Shown here: one piece after another, positions 29,444 to 40,610 of the stretch
Numbering within the stretch: position 1 is the first letter of the stretch
Layout: each line of letters begins with the position of its first letter
NCBI GenBank assembly: GCA_965242725.1
Contig: CBDESZ010000017.1
Location: forward strand, 1-64,000
Origin: Alkalispirochaeta sp.
GTDB taxonomy: Bacteria > Spirochaetota > Spirochaetia > DSM-27196 > Alkalispirochaetaceae
Length of the DNA: 64,000 nucleotides
Direction of reading: 5' to 3'
Program-made: the position numbers and the translations under genes
Notes under the pieces: model-generated
The model's database searches: none
The model's input: only the letters and a program-made list of their open reading frames with translations
Told to the model about the DNA's origin: nothing

Positions 29444-32400
29444 ACGAGCACCGACCGGGTCATACCGTCTACGTGGAAAAGCGCAATGAGTTCGCCGACG
29501 CCGCACGTCGCGAGGCCGCCGAGATTCGGGAACTTCTTGGTATTCCCGAGCTGAGGAGCTTTCGCACCGTCATACGATACGACCTGTTCGATGTGACCGA
29601 TGGTGAGCTCCACGACGCCGCGCGATACGTTCTGTCCGATCCGGTGACCGACGAGGTAACGTTTGAACCGCCCCGGACTGATGGCTGCCCGGTATGTGCG
29701 ATAGAACTCCTGCCGGGTCAGTTTGACCAGCGTGCCGATTCCGCGGCGGAGGCGATCGAGATCCTCACCGGCGGTACCCGGCCGCGGATAAGGACTTCGA
29801 CCATATACGTCCTCGACGAAAGATTGTCGGAAGCACAGGTTGAGAAGATTCAATCCCATCTCCTCAACCCCGTGGACAGTCGCTTTTGTGCACCCTTTGG
29901 AGAAGCGCTCCCTCCCGCAAAGGCGGATACTCCGCCGGCAATTCCCCGCTGGAACCACCTTGTCGCCCCATCCGGTGAACCACCGGATGGGCGGGAGCTG
30001 GGACTCGCGATGAGCGCCGATGATCTCGCCATGTGCCGCCGTTATTTCGGTGAGGAGGAAGGAAGGGCGCCGACGGAAACGGAGATGCGCGTCCTTGATA
30101 CGTACTGGTCCGACCATTGCCGGCATACCACCTTTGAAACCCGCCTCACCAATATCTCCATCCAGGGGTCAGGGGCGGCGGCGGAACGCATCCGGGCGAC
30201 CCACGCCCGTTTTCTCGCACTGCGGTCCGAGGTTCTGAGCGAGGAACGGGCCCGAAAGGCGCCGACACTCATGGAACTGGCAATGATCGTGGGACGGGAG
30301 TTCCGGCAGGCGGGAAAGCTTGAAGATCTTCTCGTCTCGGAGGAGGTGAATGCGGCGACGATTTCCATAGACGTCACCACCTCCCGGGGCACAGAGCAGT
30401 GGTACCTGCTCTTCAAGAATGAGACACACAACCACCCCACGGAGATAGAGCCGATCGGAGGTGCGGAGACGTGTCTGGGAGGGGCAATTCGCGACCCCCT
30501 CTCCGGACGCGCCTACGTCCACCAGGCGATACGTGTTACCGGCTCCGCCGATCCCCGGCGTCCATTGGAGGAGACACGGAAGGGGAAACTGCCCCAACGG
30601 ACGATTACCACCCAGGCAGCGCGGGGATTTTCCTCCTACGGCAACCAGATCGGCATTGCCACCGGTGTGGTACACGAATACTACCATCCCGGATACGAGG
30701 CAAAGAGAATGGAAGTAGGCGCCGTAGTCGGTGCCGTGCCGGTGGAAAATGTCGTTCACGAACGTCCCGTCCCCGGTGATGTGGTGCTCCTCATCGGTGG
30801 CCGGACGGGGCGTGACGGATGCGGCGGCGCAACCGGCTCGAGCAAGGCCCATGACATATCCTCCGTCAGCGAGGCATCGGCGGAGGTTCAGAAGGGAAAT
30901 CCACCGGTGGAACGGGCGCTCCAGCGCCTCTTCCGAAACGGTGAGTTCAGCCGCCGGGTGAAACGGGCAAACGACTTCGGCGCGGGCGGTGTCTCCGTCG
31001 CGGTGGGCGAGATTGCGGAAAGCCTCGATATCGATCTTGACGCCGTACCGGTGAAGTACGACGGGTTGAACGGTACGGAGCTCGCGATCAGTGAAAGCCA
31101 GGAACGGATGGCGGTCGTGGTGAGCGGTTCAGACGCCGATGACGTTATCGCCGCGGCGGCGGATGAAAACCTTGAGGCGACAGTCATCGCCGTCGTTACC
31201 GACAGCGGCAGGCTGCGCATGAGGTGGCGGGGCGATACCATCGTCGATATTTCCCGGGAGTTTCTCGCTACAAACGGAGCGGAACGGCGCGCGTCGGTGC
31301 GGGTTGCCCCGCCGGCGTCGGCAGGAGCCACTTCAGGCGGGGACGGCCCGGGCAGGAATATCGCGGATGGGGTTGTCACGAATGGGGCCGCCACCGGCGA
31401 GAATGCCCCGTTCGACGGCACGCCGACACCCGCACAATGGCTTGCCCGTATCAATACACTGGAAGGAGCCGCCCAGAAAGGTCTTTCGGAGCTCTTTGAT
31501 TCCACCATCGGCGCCGGGACGGTCCTTGTACCCTGGGGCGGTCGATACGGCCTCACCCCGTCCAACGTCGCCGCGGCACGGATTCCTCACGGAGAGTATG
31601 ACACCACCTCGGTGTCTATCGCGTCTTTCGGGTTTGCACCTCGCATGACGGCAAGCTCGCCCTATCACGGAGCATACTGGTCTGTGGTGGAATCGGTGGC
31701 GCGGGTCGTCTGCGCGGGCGGGCGGCGCCGGGACATACGGGTGAGCCTACAGGAGTATTTTCCCCGTCCCGGCGACGATCCGGAGCGGTGGGGGCTTCCC
31801 TACGCCGCACTGCTGGGCGCCATGGAAGCACAGGAAGCGTGTGAGACACCCGCCATAGGCGGCAAGGACAGTATGTCCGGTTCATTTGAGGAGATGGATG
31901 TACCGCCGACGGTCGTCTCCTTCGCCTTTTGCGGAGGCGAGGAGTCCCGGATCGTCGGCACTGCGCTCTCTCCCGCCGGCGGCACCCTCGTTGCCCTCGT
32001 ACCCGAACGGGACGAAAGCGGTCTTCCCGCCGCCGGGACCGTACGAACGCTCCTGGACACGGTCGAAACGGCGATCGGGAACGGTATTGTTGCAGCTGCC
32101 GGCACCTTCAGTGAGACGGGAGCGATTCCCGCACTATCGGCGGCGGCTCTGGGGAACTGGTGCTCCCTCCGACTGGACGCCGCCGCCCTGGCACTGCTTG
32201 AAGATCGCTTTGGTATGCATCAGGGAACCGGTGTGGCTGTCTACATTCAGCTTCACCCGGATGCAGGAGACGCCGCGACGGCGCTCACGGAGTCGCCCTG
32301 TGCCGTCGTCCTCGGCCGTGTCGAACCCGACGGGACGGCCCCGCTCCCCTCCGACCGCCGCGGCCCCCTCTACGATCCGACGGGGCGGTCGATCAGCTGG

Positions 32401-33399
32401 GGATCCCATTCCGTCGCCCTCTCCGATATACGTGACGCATGGTTTGACCCCCTTGGGGAAGTCTTTCCCCTGTCGGCCCGGTCTCGTATACACAATCATG
32501 TTGCAGACCCGCACTCAACTGTCGATAGAGCCGGGAGTAACGCCCCCGAAGGTTCCTCCGCAAAGGAAGCCCCTTCCACCGCAACGAATTACTCACGGAA
32601 GCGCAACACGATTGTGTATACAGCTCAAGGACACCCCCGGGTCTGCATTCCCGTCTTCCCCGGAACCAACTGCGAGTACGACTCCGCCCGGGCGTTTCGG
32701 GACGCCGGGGCGATACCGGTGACGCCGGTCTTCCGCACGCACTCACCTGATGAACTGTCCCGGTCGATCGAGGAGCTGGCACGGCACATACGGGAATCCC
32801 GGATCCTGATGTTTCCCGGCGGTTTCAGTGCCGGGGACGAGCCGGACGGCTCCGGCAAGTACATCGCCGCCATTTTTCGGGACGAACGACTGCGCGATGC
32901 CGTAACGGAGCTCATGGAACGGCGGGACGGCCTCATCCTCGGGATCTGCAACGGCTTTCAGGCCCTCGTGCGCATGGGACTGCTGCCGGGGGGCATCGAA
33001 GCGATGGGACGCGCCCCGGAGGCGGGACTCTTTCTCAATGACACCCTCCGCCACATATCAACCTTCGTTCCCACCCGTGTCGTCTCCACCCGCTCGCCGT
33101 GGCTCGCCGCCACCGATCCCGACGCGATCTATACAGTCCCCATATCCCATGGCGAGGGGCGCTTCATCGCCACCGACGAGATGATCGCCGCACTCTCGGC
33201 GGGTGGACAGATTGCGACGCAGTATGTAGAGTACAACCCGAACGGTTCCGCCGCCGCCATCGAGGGCATCACCTCCCCCGACGGCCGCATCCTGGGAAAG
33301 ATGGCCCATAACGAGCGGGTCCGCCCGGGGCTGTATAAAAACCTTCCGCCCATGGCGGATATGAAGATCTTTGAAAACGGCGTCGCCTATTTCAGATGA
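29440..33399 (+). CDS. purL: Phosphoribosylformylglycinamidine synthase (large fused, Clostridia-like type)
   Basis: Start 29440 after [49 protein letters not shown]; glutaminase FPGTNCE, GICNGFQ, HGEGRF, HNER. Confidence 0.95.
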   Translation: MNEHRPGHTVYVEKRNEFADAARREAAEIRELLGIPELRSFRTVIRYDLFDVTDGELHDAARYVLSDPVTDEVTFEPPRTDGCPVCAIELLPGQFDQRADSAAEAIEILTGGTRPRIRTSTIYVLDERLSEAQVEKIQSHLLNPVDSRFCAPFGEALPPAKADTPPAIPRWNHLVAPSGEPPDGRELGLAMSADDLAMCRRYFGEEEGRAPTETEMRVLDTYWSDHCRHTTFETRLTNISIQGSGAAAERIRATHARFLALRSEVLSEERARKAPTLMELAMIVGREFRQAGKLEDLLVSEEVNAATISIDVTTSRGTEQWYLLFKNETHNHPTEIEPIGGAETCLGGAIRDPLSGRAYVHQAIRVTGSADPRRPLEETRKGKLPQRTITTQAARGFSSYGNQIGIATGVVHEYYHPGYEAKRMEVGAVVGAVPVENVVHERPVPGDVVLLIGGRTGRDGCGGATGSSKAHDISSVSEASAEVQKGNPPVERALQRLFRNGEFSRRVKRANDFGAGGVSVAVGEIAESLDIDLDAVPVKYDGLNGTELAISESQERMAVVVSGSDADDVIAAAADENLEATVIAVVTDSGRLRMRWRGDTIVDISREFLATNGAERRASVRVAPPASAGATSGGDGPGRNIADGVVTNGAATGENAPFDGTPTPAQWLARINTLEGAAQKGLSELFDSTIGAGTVLVPWGGRYGLTPSNVAAARIPHGEYDTTSVSIASFGFAPRMTASSPYHGAYWSVVESVARVVCAGGRRRDIRVSLQEYFPRPGDDPERWGLPYAALLGAMEAQEACETPAIGGKDSMSGSFEEMDVPPTVVSFAFCGGEESRIVGTALSPAGGTLVALVPERDESGLPAAGTVRTLLDTVETAIGNGIVAAAGTFSETGAIPALSAAALGNWCSLRLDAAALALLEDRFGMHQGTGVAVYIQLHPDAGDAATALTESPCAVVLGRVEPDGTAPLPSDRRGPLYDPTGRSISWGSHSVALSDIRDAWFDPLGEVFPLSARSRIHNHVADPHSTVDRAGSNAPEGSSAKEAPSTATNYSRKRNTIVYTAQGHPRVCIPVFPGTNCEYDSARAFRDAGAIPVTPVFRTHSPDELSRSIEELARHIRESRILMFPGGFSAGDEPDGSGKYIAAIFRDERLRDAVTELMERRDGLILGICNGFQALVRMGLLPGGIEAMGRAPEAGLFLNDTLRHISTFVPTRVVSTRSPWLAATDPDAIYTVPISHGEGRFIATDEMIAALSAGGQIATQYVEYNPNGSAAAIEGITSPDGRILGKMAHNERVRPGLYKNLPPMADMKIFENGVAYFR

Positions 33400-33503
33400 A
33401 TCACCGAATCGCCCGCCCGCGCTCTTTTGACGCGGTTGTGGACGGTTGTTCCGCGGTGACGAAGTTCAGAATAGACGATCCAGTGCATGCAATACATGCA
33501 GTA

Positions 33504-33574
33504 CACCCATATAATCCCGGTAATACGGTCCGGGAGTCTCTACAGGAAGACCGAAAATCTTTCTCCTATGGGTG
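33504..33574 (+). ncRNA. Purine riboswitch aptamer, guanine-sensing type
   Basis: P1 CACCCATA/TATGGGTG; J1/2 TAA; P2 TCCCGG/CCGGGA with loop AATACGG; J2/3 GTCTCTAC; P3 AGGAAGA/TCTTTCT with loop CCGAAAA; C at the position-74 equivalent (33566). Confidence 0.92.
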
Positions 33575-33629
33575 GATTCGACAACGCCGCGCGTCTCTCG
33601 CAGGCGACCTTGAGCGTTGTATTCGAAAT

Positions 33630-33663
33630 CCGCCTTTCCATTGTGGGAAGGCGGTTTTTTTTT
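33630..33663 (+). terminator. Riboswitch-controlled intrinsic terminator before purC
   Basis: CCGCCTTTCCA-TTG-TGGGAAGGCGG followed by T9; competing antiterminator 33571-33587 / 33614-33634. Confidence 0.88.
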
Positions 33664-33673
33664 GGAGGAGACG

Positions 33674-34402
33674 ATGACCGTCGACTATTCACACCCCCTC
33701 TATGAGGGCAAGGCCAAGCAGATTTTTCCCACCGATCGGGATGACTACATATGCGTCCATTACAAGGATGACGCAACGGCGTTTAACGGCGAGAAGTTTG
33801 ACCGCCTGGAGCGAAAGGGCGAGTACAATAACGCCATTTCTTCCCTGATTTTTGAGTATCTCCGGGACCGGGGCATACCTTCCCATTATGTTGAGCGCCT
33901 CTCGGTACGGGACCAGATCTGTCGGAAGGTGACGATCATCCCCCTGGAGGTCATCGTCCGCAATCGCGCGGCGGGATCCATGGCAAAGCGCCTCGGCCTC
34001 GACGAGGGACGGGACCTTCCCGTTACGGTGCTTGAGCTCAGTTACAAGAACGACCGTCTCGGCGATCCCCTGATAAACGACTACCACGCCGTGGCGATGG
34101 GGATCACCACCTTCGAACAGCTTGAAGAGATTTACCGCATCGCCCGGGAGGTCAACGACGGGTTGTCGGAGCTCTTCCGCCGGTGCGGCATCGATCTCAT
34201 CGATTTCAAGATCGAATTCGGCATCGACGGCGCGGGGACGCTTCTGTTGGCCGACGAGATTTCTCCCGATACGTGCCGCCTCTGGGACCACACGACGGGA
34301 GACAGACTGGACAAGGATCGCTTTCGCCGCGATATGGGAGGTGTCATGGAAGCGTACAGTGAAATTCTGCACCGCCTCGAGGGGCTCGGGGCGTCGTCAT
34401 GA
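33674..34402 (+). CDS. purC: SAICAR synthetase
   Basis: Start 33674 after [53 protein letters not shown]. Confidence 0.96.
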   Translation: MTVDYSHPLYEGKAKQIFPTDRDDYICVHYKDDATAFNGEKFDRLERKGEYNNAISSLIFEYLRDRGIPSHYVERLSVRDQICRKVTIIPLEVIVRNRAAGSMAKRLGLDEGRDLPVTVLELSYKNDRLGDPLINDYHAVAMGITTFEQLEEIYRIAREVNDGLSELFRRCGIDLIDFKIEFGIDGAGTLLLADEISPDTCRLWDHTTGDRLDKDRFRRDMGGVMEAYSEILHRLEGLGASS

Positions 34403-35931
34403 GGGAGCAGGACACCAACCGAAGAAGCCCCGCTCCGCCGGCGCTGAACGGGCACGCGTCGCCGGCGCCCGGCACCGCCCCGCATCTGCAGCACGGCCAA
34501 CTTGCCGCCTGGGAAGGTGACAAGCTCCATGACGAATGCGGCGTCTTCGGTATCTTCACGCCCGGTGCGGAGAGCAAGGAAGCACGCAACATCGCCCGCA
34601 TCGTCTATTACGGTATCTATTCCCTTCAGCATCGCGGTCAGGAGAGCGCGGGCATCGCCGTCCAGAAGGACGGGGACATTTCCCTCCACCGGGGAATGGG
34701 ACTCGTGGCGGAGGTCTTTCCCGACGGCGTCCTGGACGCTCTATCCGGAACCGCCGCCATCGGACACGTCCGCTATTCCACGGCGGGTTCCAGCAATATC
34801 GCAAACGCCCAGCCTCTCATGGGACAGAGCAAGCTGGGGCAGATCGCCATCGCCCATAACGGGAATCTGGTGAACGCCCCGGTCATCCGCGATCTGCTTG
34901 AGGACGCGGGGGTCATGTTCCAGACGAGCAGCGACTCCGAGGTGATCCTCAACCTCATCGCCCGAGGCGCCAAATACGGCCTCGAGCGGGCGCTCTGGGA
35001 CGCCGTCCGCGCCATCCAGGGCTCTTTCTCCCTCACCCTTCTCACCCGTGACTCCCTCATCGCCATTCGCGATCCCAACGGCATCCGCCCCCTCGTCATC
35101 GGCCGCCGGAACGACAGCTATATCGTCGCCTCCGAGTCGTGCGCCCTGGACACGATCGGCGCAGACTTTGTTCGGGATGTGGAACCGGGAGAGATCGTCG
35201 TCATCAACAACGACGGACTGCGCTCCATGAAGCAGAGTGAACGCACCCATTTAATGACCTGTTCCTTTGAATACATCTACTTTTCCCGGCCCGATTCGGT
35301 CATTGACGGCGTCGACGTCTACGAGTCGCGTCTGCGCGCCGGGCGACGCCTCTTTGAAGAGAGTCACGTCGACGCGGATATCGTCTCGGGCGTGCCCGAC
35401 TCGGGCGTCGTCGCCGCGACGGGATACTCCGAGATCTCCGGTATTCCCTACGCGATGACGCTGATCAAGAACAAGTATGTGGGCCGCTCATTTATCGCCC
35501 CTTCCCAGGATCTGCGGGAGCGGGCGGTGAGCGTCAAACTCAACGTCCTCAAGTCGACGGTCCGGGGCAAGAGGATCATTCTCATCGACGATTCAATCGT
35601 CCGGGGAACGACCTCACGTCGTCTCGTGCAGCTCCTCCGCGATGCCGGCGCGAGGGAGGTTCATTTCCGCGTCGCCTCGCCTCCCGTCGCCTTTCCGTGC
35701 TATTTCGGTCTCGATACGCCGAGCCGCAAAGAGCTCGCCGGCTCCCGGGGGCTGGAAGAGATCCGGGAGATGATCGGAGCGGACAGCCTCGCCTATCTCT
35801 CCGTGCCGGGACTCCTGCAATCGCTCTCGACGAAACAGAACTTCTGCACCGGCTGTTTTACCGGTGTCTATCCCGTTGCCGCTCCCCTGGAGCAGGAGAA
35901 GAAACACCTTGAACACGCACCGCAGCGATAG
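34399..35931 (+). CDS. purF: Amidophosphoribosyltransferase (Fe-S, propeptide type)
   Basis: [42 protein letters not shown]; Fe-S cysteines in CSFEYIY, PCYFG, CTGC. Confidence 0.96.
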   Translation: MREQDTNRRSPAPPALNGHASPAPGTAPHLQHGQLAAWEGDKLHDECGVFGIFTPGAESKEARNIARIVYYGIYSLQHRGQESAGIAVQKDGDISLHRGMGLVAEVFPDGVLDALSGTAAIGHVRYSTAGSSNIANAQPLMGQSKLGQIAIAHNGNLVNAPVIRDLLEDAGVMFQTSSDSEVILNLIARGAKYGLERALWDAVRAIQGSFSLTLLTRDSLIAIRDPNGIRPLVIGRRNDSYIVASESCALDTIGADFVRDVEPGEIVVINNDGLRSMKQSERTHLMTCSFEYIYFSRPDSVIDGVDVYESRLRAGRRLFEESHVDADIVSGVPDSGVVAATGYSEISGIPYAMTLIKNKYVGRSFIAPSQDLRERAVSVKLNVLKSTVRGKRIILIDDSIVRGTTSRRLVQLLRDAGAREVHFRVASPPVAFPCYFGLDTPSRKELAGSRGLEEIREMIGADSLAYLSVPGLLQSLSTKQNFCTGCFTGVYPVAAPLEQEKKHLEHAPQR

Positions 35932-36952
35932 GGACGGGGCGGTAAGCTACGCCGAGAGCGGCGTCAACCGCGAAGAGGGGTATCGTACAGTTGATATGAT
36001 TCGCCGCCTCCTTGCGGGCCGGTCGACGTCGGCGGCGAAGGAGATCGGTTCCTTTGCGGCAATTCACCCCATCCCGGGAATCGACAACATCCTCCTCGGA
36101 GCCGCCACCGACGGCGTGGGAACGAAGATCGACCTCGCCGTTCGGTACGGAACGCTCCGGGAAGCGGGACAGGACTGCGTCGCCATGTGCGTCAACGATC
36201 TCGCATGTCACGGGATCTCTCCCCTCTTTTTTCTCGACTATCTGGCTTGTGACGCCCTTTCCGCCGTCACGGCATCCGAGATCGTCGCGGGCATCGCCGA
36301 TGCGGCGGCGGCGTGCGGAGCGCAGCTGATAGGCGGCGAGACGGCGGAAATGCCCGGCGTGTACGCACCGGGAAAGTATGACGTTGCCGGATTTGCCGTC
36401 GGCACGGTCACACCGGAACGATTGGTCCACAAGGGGCTTATAAAGGGCGATGAGACGTTGATCGCCCTGCCGTCGACGGGTGTCCACAGTAACGGCTTTT
36501 CCCTCATCAGGTCGGTCATTTCCGACATGGAGGTCTCCTTTCACGGAGGGCCGCTGTGGCGCTCCCTCCTCACTCCCACTGCACTCTATCCGCCGGTCAT
36601 CAATGAGCTTCTTGACGCCGTCGGTACGGCGGGTGTCCATGGAATCGCCCACATCACCGGCGGCGGATTGCACGAAAACGTACCGCGGATCCTTCCCGAG
36701 GGACTTACCGCAGTCATAGACACCAGAATCATGGCGGAACCGGACCTTTTCTCCCTCATCAGGAAATCGGGGGTGACCGGGGACGAGATGTATCACACGT
36801 TCAATATGGGCTACGGCATGATCATCGCCGTGGATCCCGCGGCAGCCGACAGGGCGCTGTCGACGGTACGGAGGAAGTTCCCCGGCGCGGAAGCGGTCGG
36901 GCGACTCACGGCAAGCCGGGGACCCGCCGACACGGGCGTGCACCTGGTGTAG
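35909..36952 (+). CDS. purM: AIR synthetase
   Basis: Probable TTG start at 35909; SYAESGV, TDGVGTK, AMCVND, GGETAEMPG, GVHSNGFSL, HITGGG, TFNMG. Confidence 0.95.
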   Translation: MNTHRSDRDGAVSYAESGVNREEGYRTVDMIRRLLAGRSTSAAKEIGSFAAIHPIPGIDNILLGAATDGVGTKIDLAVRYGTLREAGQDCVAMCVNDLACHGISPLFFLDYLACDALSAVTASEIVAGIADAAAACGAQLIGGETAEMPGVYAPGKYDVAGFAVGTVTPERLVHKGLIKGDETLIALPSTGVHSNGFSLIRSVISDMEVSFHGGPLWRSLLTPTALYPPVINELLDAVGTAGVHGIAHITGGGLHENVPRILPEGLTAVIDTRIMAEPDLFSLIRKSGVTGDEMYHTFNMGYGMIIAVDPAAADRALSTVRRKFPGAEAVGRLTASRGPADTGVHLV

Positions 36953-36987
36953 GCGATGCGGGGCGGATTGACGGATATCCCGGAACG

Positions 36988-37563
36988 ATGAAGCGAATCG
37001 CAGTTCTCGCAAGCGGCGGAGGCACCAACTTTCAGGCAATCGTGGAGGCCATACGGTCGGGCTCTCTCCCCGTATCGGTGGCGCTCCTCATCTCAGATCG
37101 GACCGACGCGACGATTCTGCACAGGGCTGCCGACGCCGGCGTACCCACCGCCGTGGTCGATCGCCGCACCCACGGATCGGGACTCTCCGATCAGATTCTC
37201 AAGCTCCTTCCCCGTGACGTGGAGCTGATCGTTCTCGCCGGGTTTCTTTCGATCCTGAGGGGAGACCTTCTTCGTCGGTTTCACGGACGGATCATCAACC
37301 TCCATCCCTCCCTCCTGCCCCGCCACGGCGGTCCGGGCATGTACGGCATCAACGTCCATCGCGCGGTTATTGCCTCCGGCGACGACGAGTCGGGGTGCAC
37401 TGTTCACATTGTGGATGAAGGCACCGATACCGGACCCATCGTGCTGCAACGGCGCCTTCCCGTTCTGTCCGACGATACCCCGGAGCGCCTTGCCGCCCGG
37501 ATCGCGCCACTTGAACACGAGGCGATCGTTGCGGCCATACGGACCGTTCTGAAAATGGATTAG
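36988..37563 (+). CDS. purN: Phosphoribosylglycinamide formyltransferase
   Basis: ASGGGTNFQAI, LAGFLSIL, INLHPSLLP, SGCTVH..D.GTDTGPI. Confidence 0.96.
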   Translation: MKRIAVLASGGGTNFQAIVEAIRSGSLPVSVALLISDRTDATILHRAADAGVPTAVVDRRTHGSGLSDQILKLLPRDVELIVLAGFLSILRGDLLRRFHGRIINLHPSLLPRHGGPGMYGINVHRAVIASGDDESGCTVHIVDEGTDTGPIVLQRRLPVLSDDTPERLAARIAPLEHEAIVAAIRTVLKMD

Positions 37564-37587
37564 CCCGTCGTACCGGCCCGGCGCCCG

Positions 37588-38649
37588 CTACACCCGGTCG
37601 ATACGCGGCGCACCGGCGGGAAACTCCCACCACCGGTGCCCGCCACCCTGAGGACTCCACTTTCCGTCCCGTACGATGACGCTGTAGAGGTAGTGCTGCA
37701 TGAGCGTGCCGTGGTAGGCGGTCGGAACGGACCTCAGGAGGGCATCTATCTCTCCGGTAAGGAGCTTGATCGCCTCGCAGGCGGGAAGGGAATACTGGCT
37801 CCCCGCTTTCAGGAGCGCCTTCTGGGCCCGCTTGCTTGTAATTCTCTGTTTCAGCCCGAGGAATCCCGGCAGCTCGTCAAAGAGACGCCCTTCACTCACT
37901 CCCTGTGACCGCAACACCTGGAGGCCGTAGAGGCGGTCCAGCTGCCACGACAGTCCGCCGAGTATTTGTACCGGATCGTTGCCCACGAGCAGCTTGAGCA
38001 GGATGTCCAGGGCGTGGTCGAGATCGCGGTCGACGATCGCATCGTAGAGGGTGAAGACATTCTCTTCCCGGGCGTGATAAATGTAGCGGTCGACGTCCTC
38101 AACGGTTATGGTATCTCCCACAAAAGCAATCAACCGGTCCGCCTCCATGCGAAGCTCCATCGTATTGTTCTGGACGAGCTCAAGCATGAGCTCCACCGCA
38201 TCATTTTCGATTCTGACATTGTGGCGTCGAAAATATCCCTGCAGCCATCCCTGCTTCTGGTCTTCAAACATCTCCCAGAAGATCTTCTTGCCTGCGCTGC
38301 CTACCGCCCGTTCCACGTCACGGTGCACCGATATTTCGGCGCTCTCAAGGACGAGGACGGCGGTGTCGACGGGATGGGCGAGATAGTCCGCAAGCGCCTG
38401 AATGTCGTCTTTCTTCTTGAGTTGTTCCACACCACGATAGCGCACGAGGAGGGCGCTCCCGAAGAGCGAGCCGTTCTGCAGAATCGAGGTCACATGCTGC
38501 GACGGCGTCTCAAAGGCGTAAAAGGAATGTTCCTCCAACTCGTCTCCGAAGCGCTTGCGCAGGGCGATGCGAATTTCGTGGATCGCCCGCTGCTTGTCAC
38601 CCTCTTCCGGTCCGAGATAGAGCACGGCCCGCGGCAGTTGGCCCGCCAT
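37588..38649 (-). CDS. holA: DNA polymerase III delta subunit
   Basis: LYLGPEEG, NGSLFG, ELRMEADRL, ITVEDV, ENVFTLYDAI. Confidence 0.85.
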   Translation of the reverse strand: MAGQLPRAVLYLGPEEGDKQRAIHEIRIALRKRFGDELEEHSFYAFETPSQHVTSILQNGSLFGSALLVRYRGVEQLKKKDDIQALADYLAHPVDTAVLVLESAEISVHRDVERAVGSAGKKIFWEMFEDQKQGWLQGYFRRHNVRIENDAVELMLELVQNNTMELRMEADRLIAFVGDTITVEDVDRYIYHAREENVFTLYDAIVDRDLDHALDILLKLLVGNDPVQILGGLSWQLDRLYGLQVLRSQGVSEGRLFDELPGFLGLKQRITSKRAQKALLKAGSQYSLPACEAIKLLTGEIDALLRSVPTAYHGTLMQHYLYSVIVRDGKWSPQGGGHRWWEFPAGAPRIDRV

Positions 38650-38652
38650 CGG

Positions 38653-39264
38653 TTAGGCGTAACTCCGGACGATGTGGACAAGTTTCCCGAGGATACGGAC
38701 ATCCCGTGTGTAAATGGGGGGATATGAAGGGTTTTCCGCCTTCAGCTGTACCCTGTTTGCCTCCCGATAGAAGCGCTTCAGCGTTACCGCCTCTTCAACC
38801 ATTGCTACGACGATGTCTCCATTTTCCGCGACGGGCTGTTGTGCGATGATCGCCACATCCCCGTCAAGAATTCCGGCGCCGATCATGCTGTTACCCTGGA
38901 CGTGCAGGGCGAAGTAATCGCGGTTCCGGAGATATGACGCAGGGACTTTGACGGAGCCTTCCCGATTCTCCATCGCCAGCAGGGGCGTCCCGGCGGCGAC
39001 GTTTCCCAGCAGGGGCACTTCCCGCACCTCGTCTACGGGGGCGTCCTTCACCGCCGTATTGAGCACCTCTATCGCCCGGGAACGTTTGGAGTCACACTTG
39101 ATGATCTCCTTCTTCTCCAGCGCCTTGACGTGGTCGTGGGCCCCTTTGACGGAAATGGAAAAGTGCTCCGAAATCTCCCGGATCGTGGGGGGATACTTGT
39201 TTTCCCTGATATATGAGGAAATAAAATCGAGGACTTCCTGCTGTCGCCGCGTAATCGGTCTCAT
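38653..39264 (-). CDS. lexA: SOS repressor LexA
   Basis: wHTH PPTIREI, Ala-Gly site VAAGTP, GNSM serine, TLKR lysine. Confidence 0.96.
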   Translation of the reverse strand: MRPITRRQQEVLDFISSYIRENKYPPTIREISEHFSISVKGAHDHVKALEKKEIIKCDSKRSRAIEVLNTAVKDAPVDEVREVPLLGNVAAGTPLLAMENREGSVKVPASYLRNRDYFALHVQGNSMIGAGILDGDVAIIAQQPVAENGDIVVAMVEEAVTLKRFYREANRVQLKAENPSYPPIYTRDVRILGKLVHIVRSYA

Positions 39265-40610
39265 CGGTTCATCTCAATTCCAAGTTTCTTAATCTTCGCG
39301 TGCAGGCTGCTCGGATAGACGCCGAGGTCCTGGGCGGTCCGGGATACATTGAAGTCATGCTCCCGAAGCTTCTCCACCAGGTACCGTCGTTCAAATGCGT
39401 CCTTCGCGTCGGAGAGACCGAGGCCCAGGAGATCTCCCAGCGGAGACATCCGCGCCGCCGCCCGGGGGCTCCCCAGAAACCGCTGCACGTCGTCTTTTGA
39501 CAGACGATCGGTCCCAGCCATTATGCTAACTCGTTCAGCAAAATTCTTCAACTCACGAACGTTGCCGGGCCAGCTGTATGACCGCAACGCCTGGAGCGCT
39601 TCCTCATCAAGGGACACCTCGGCCCCCCCTTCCTTCAGAAAATCGGACAGGAGGTGTTCAATATCATCGCCCCGCTCCCGCAGTGCCGGCATATGAATCG
39701 GAACGACGTTCAGCCTGAAAAAAAGATCCTCCCTGAAACGGTTTTCCCTGATCTCCCGGTATATGTCCTTGTTGGTGGCGGCAATGATGCGGACGTCTGT
39801 GGCAATCGACAGCTCGCCGCCGACCCGCTCAAAACGCATCTCCTGTATCGCCCGCAGCACCTTTGCCTGCGCTTCAAGGGACATGTCGGCAACCTCGTCG
39901 AGAAAGAGCGTTCCACCGTCGGCGAGTTCAAATTTGCCTTTCCGTCCGCCCGCCGCACCGGTGAAAGCCCCCCGTTCATGGCCGAAGAGCTCACTTTCGA
40001 TAAGGGTATCGGGGATGGCGGCGCAGTTTACGGCGACAAACGATGCGTGTCTCCGGTCGCTGCGCTGATGTATCTCTCTCGCAACAAGCTCCTTGCCCGT
40101 TCCGTTCTCTCCCGTGATGAGAACGCGGGCGTCGCTGGCGGCGGTCTGCGCAATGAGATCGCGGACCGCACGAATGGCGGGGCTCGTCCCGGTAATCTGC
40201 AACGGTGATGCGACCCGTCCCTTCAGATCGTCGTTTTCCTGTCTCAAATCCTGGAGTTCCAGGGCGTTGCGAACAATGGTGGTCACCCGATCGAGGCTGA
40301 GCGGCTTTTCCAGAAAATCGAACGCCCCTTCCTTCACCGCCTTCACCGCCATATCGATGCTGCCGTGACCGCTGATGATAATAACCGGTGTATTGGGGTA
40401 GGAGGAGCGCACTTCCTGCAGGATCTCCAGTCCTCCCTTGCCCGGAAGCCACACGTCGAGGAGAACACAGTCGATGAGTTCCCGCTCCAGTATGCCGAGC
40501 GCGACCAGCCCGTCTCCGGCGGTCCGGACGGTGTAACCCTCATCTTCAAGGATATCACCGAGGGTTTCCCGAATTCCCCGCTCGTCGTCGACTACCAGTA
40601 TCGTTCTCAT
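39261..40610 (-). CDS. Sigma54-dependent response regulator (NtrX-like)
   Basis: REC (VVDDE, LDVWLP), GENGTGKE, intact GAFTGA, FLDEVAD, WPGNVREL, C-terminal HTH. Confidence 0.9.
   Translation of the reverse strand: MRTILVVDDERGIRETLGDILEDEGYTVRTAGDGLVALGILERELIDCVLLDVWLPGKGGLEILQEVRSSYPNTPVIIISGHGSIDMAVKAVKEGAFDFLEKPLSLDRVTTIVRNALELQDLRQENDDLKGRVASPLQITGTSPAIRAVRDLIAQTAASDARVLITGENGTGKELVAREIHQRSDRRHASFVAVNCAAIPDTLIESELFGHERGAFTGAAGGRKGKFELADGGTLFLDEVADMSLEAQAKVLRAIQEMRFERVGGELSIATDVRIIAATNKDIYREIRENRFREDLFFRLNVVPIHMPALRERGDDIEHLLSDFLKEGGAEVSLDEEALQALRSYSWPGNVRELKNFAERVSIMAGTDRLSKDDVQRFLGSPRAAARMSPLGDLLGLGLSDAKDAFERRYLVEKLREHDFNVSRTAQDLGVYPSSLHAKIKKLGIEMNR

Noticed and set aside
33396..33705. 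Short ORFs between purL and purC as leader peptides
   Set aside because: The region is explained by the riboswitch and terminator, and the ORFs lack an RBS or recognisable features.
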